Assembly (NCBI GenBank): GCA_012026655.1
Contig: JAAILG010000172.1
Span: 1 to 64,000, forward strand
Length of the DNA stretch: 64,000 nt
Direction: 5' to 3'
Source: Hydrolagus affinis
Lineage: Eukaryota
The notes beneath the pieces are model-generated. The model was not told the DNA's origin and did no database searches. It saw only the letters and a program-made list of their open reading frames with translations. The first letter of the stretch is position 1. Every line of letters starts with the position of its first letter. Positions 63,101 to 64,000 of the stretch are shown here, one piece after another. The position numbers and the translations under genes are program-made.

Positions 63101-63711
63101 CAGCTCATTGAATGATGTTAGTGAAGGGCTGACATGAAGCTCTTCACTCACATCAAAATACATGGCTGTCCAGTCGTGTGCCCTGCAAAACAGAAATGGA
63201 TCGAGACTCATTCTTGGTGTTTCAGCTCCCCAAAAAACGAAGCTATTAGGAACCAAAACATGTTCTGTAATGATACATTCAATCTATTTTTAAATTTAGG
63301 ATGAATGCTTCAGGAAGTTTAAAACCAACGCATCAGCTTCAATGACAGGAATAGTTTGTTCTCTTCAAATCCAGTCTGCTTTTTAACACTAATACAAGAG
63401 AAGGCTAACCAAAATGGCATCTTAGAAACATAACTGTAACTTAAGGTCATTACAGTACATGGCTACTGCACAAATTGAAACAAGAAGAACTCACAATCTT
63501 CTTGAGTGGCTGAGGCAAACCGGCACTGATTTTAAACCTGGGTCATTAGCAAGGAAATCTTTTCACCTTCACCGGGAAAGAGATTTCCATTGAAATAGGC
63601 TGTTTAGTTGAGCAAAGCTCCCAATTGATAACTTTGAATCACTGTAATAAGTTAATATCCTGCCAAAGGGCAGAACTGGCAATTGCCACATGTAAGGAGT
63701 TGTGTGACACA

Positions 63712-63770
63712 ATTGGGACTTGCTCCCGACGTGAAAGGCGCTATACAAAGGTAATTTTGTTGTTGTTGTA
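63712..63770 (+). mobile_element. L2 3' tail
   Basis: ttgggact..ctcccgacgtgaaaggcgctatacaaaggtaattt(tgt)n. Confidence 0.75.
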
Positions 63771-64000
63771 TTCACGAAGATCTTACCCAAGAAAACTAAC
63801 CTTAACACTGTCCTCATTTTTTCCCAATTGAAATGTGTTGATTTCTTTCTCGATATATTTGAAGTGTTTGTTCAATCTGGTTATGAGTTAGAAAAGCTTG
63901 CTAGTTCAGAGTTAGTCGGATTAGACTCTGAATTGTGCACAGCAGCTGAGCTCTAAACTAAGAATTTGTTTCTAACATTGTTTCATAGAAGAAAGAGTAG

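Noticed and set aside
63050-63256. Minus-strand ORF as the CRB1 last exon
   Set aside because: It ends LRTI rather than ERLI and lacks the crumbs transmembrane and FERM-binding motifs.

Overview
Vertebrate nuclear DNA (AT-rich, CpG-poor, spliceosomal introns). The repeats (DeuSINE-type tRNA SINEs, L2 and CR1 LINEs, Tc1/mariner and hAT MITEs) suggest a cartilaginous fish, probably a chimaera-like genome; this is inference. The window holds the 3' part of one + strand gene, DENND1B (connecdenn-2, a Rab35 GEF). I traced 14 coding exons from 1447 to the TAG at 54973, all GT-AG and phase-consistent (1821 nt, 606 aa plus stop), followed by a probable multi-kb 3' UTR. Almost all other ORFs in the track are noise or TE fragments. 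I found no new protein-coding system. The most unusual signals are non-coding: two different Tc1/mariner-type MITEs inserted at the same TA of two separate SINE copies, with a third copy lacking that palindrome; an LF-SINE-like relic in the 3' UTR; a perfect 19-bp-arm hairpin in unique intron; a 45-bp palindrome at a SINE 5' end; an internally deleted CR1; and CNE-like blocks that may serve the LHX9 regulatory landscape. Family and orthologue assignments come from recalled sequences, not searches.
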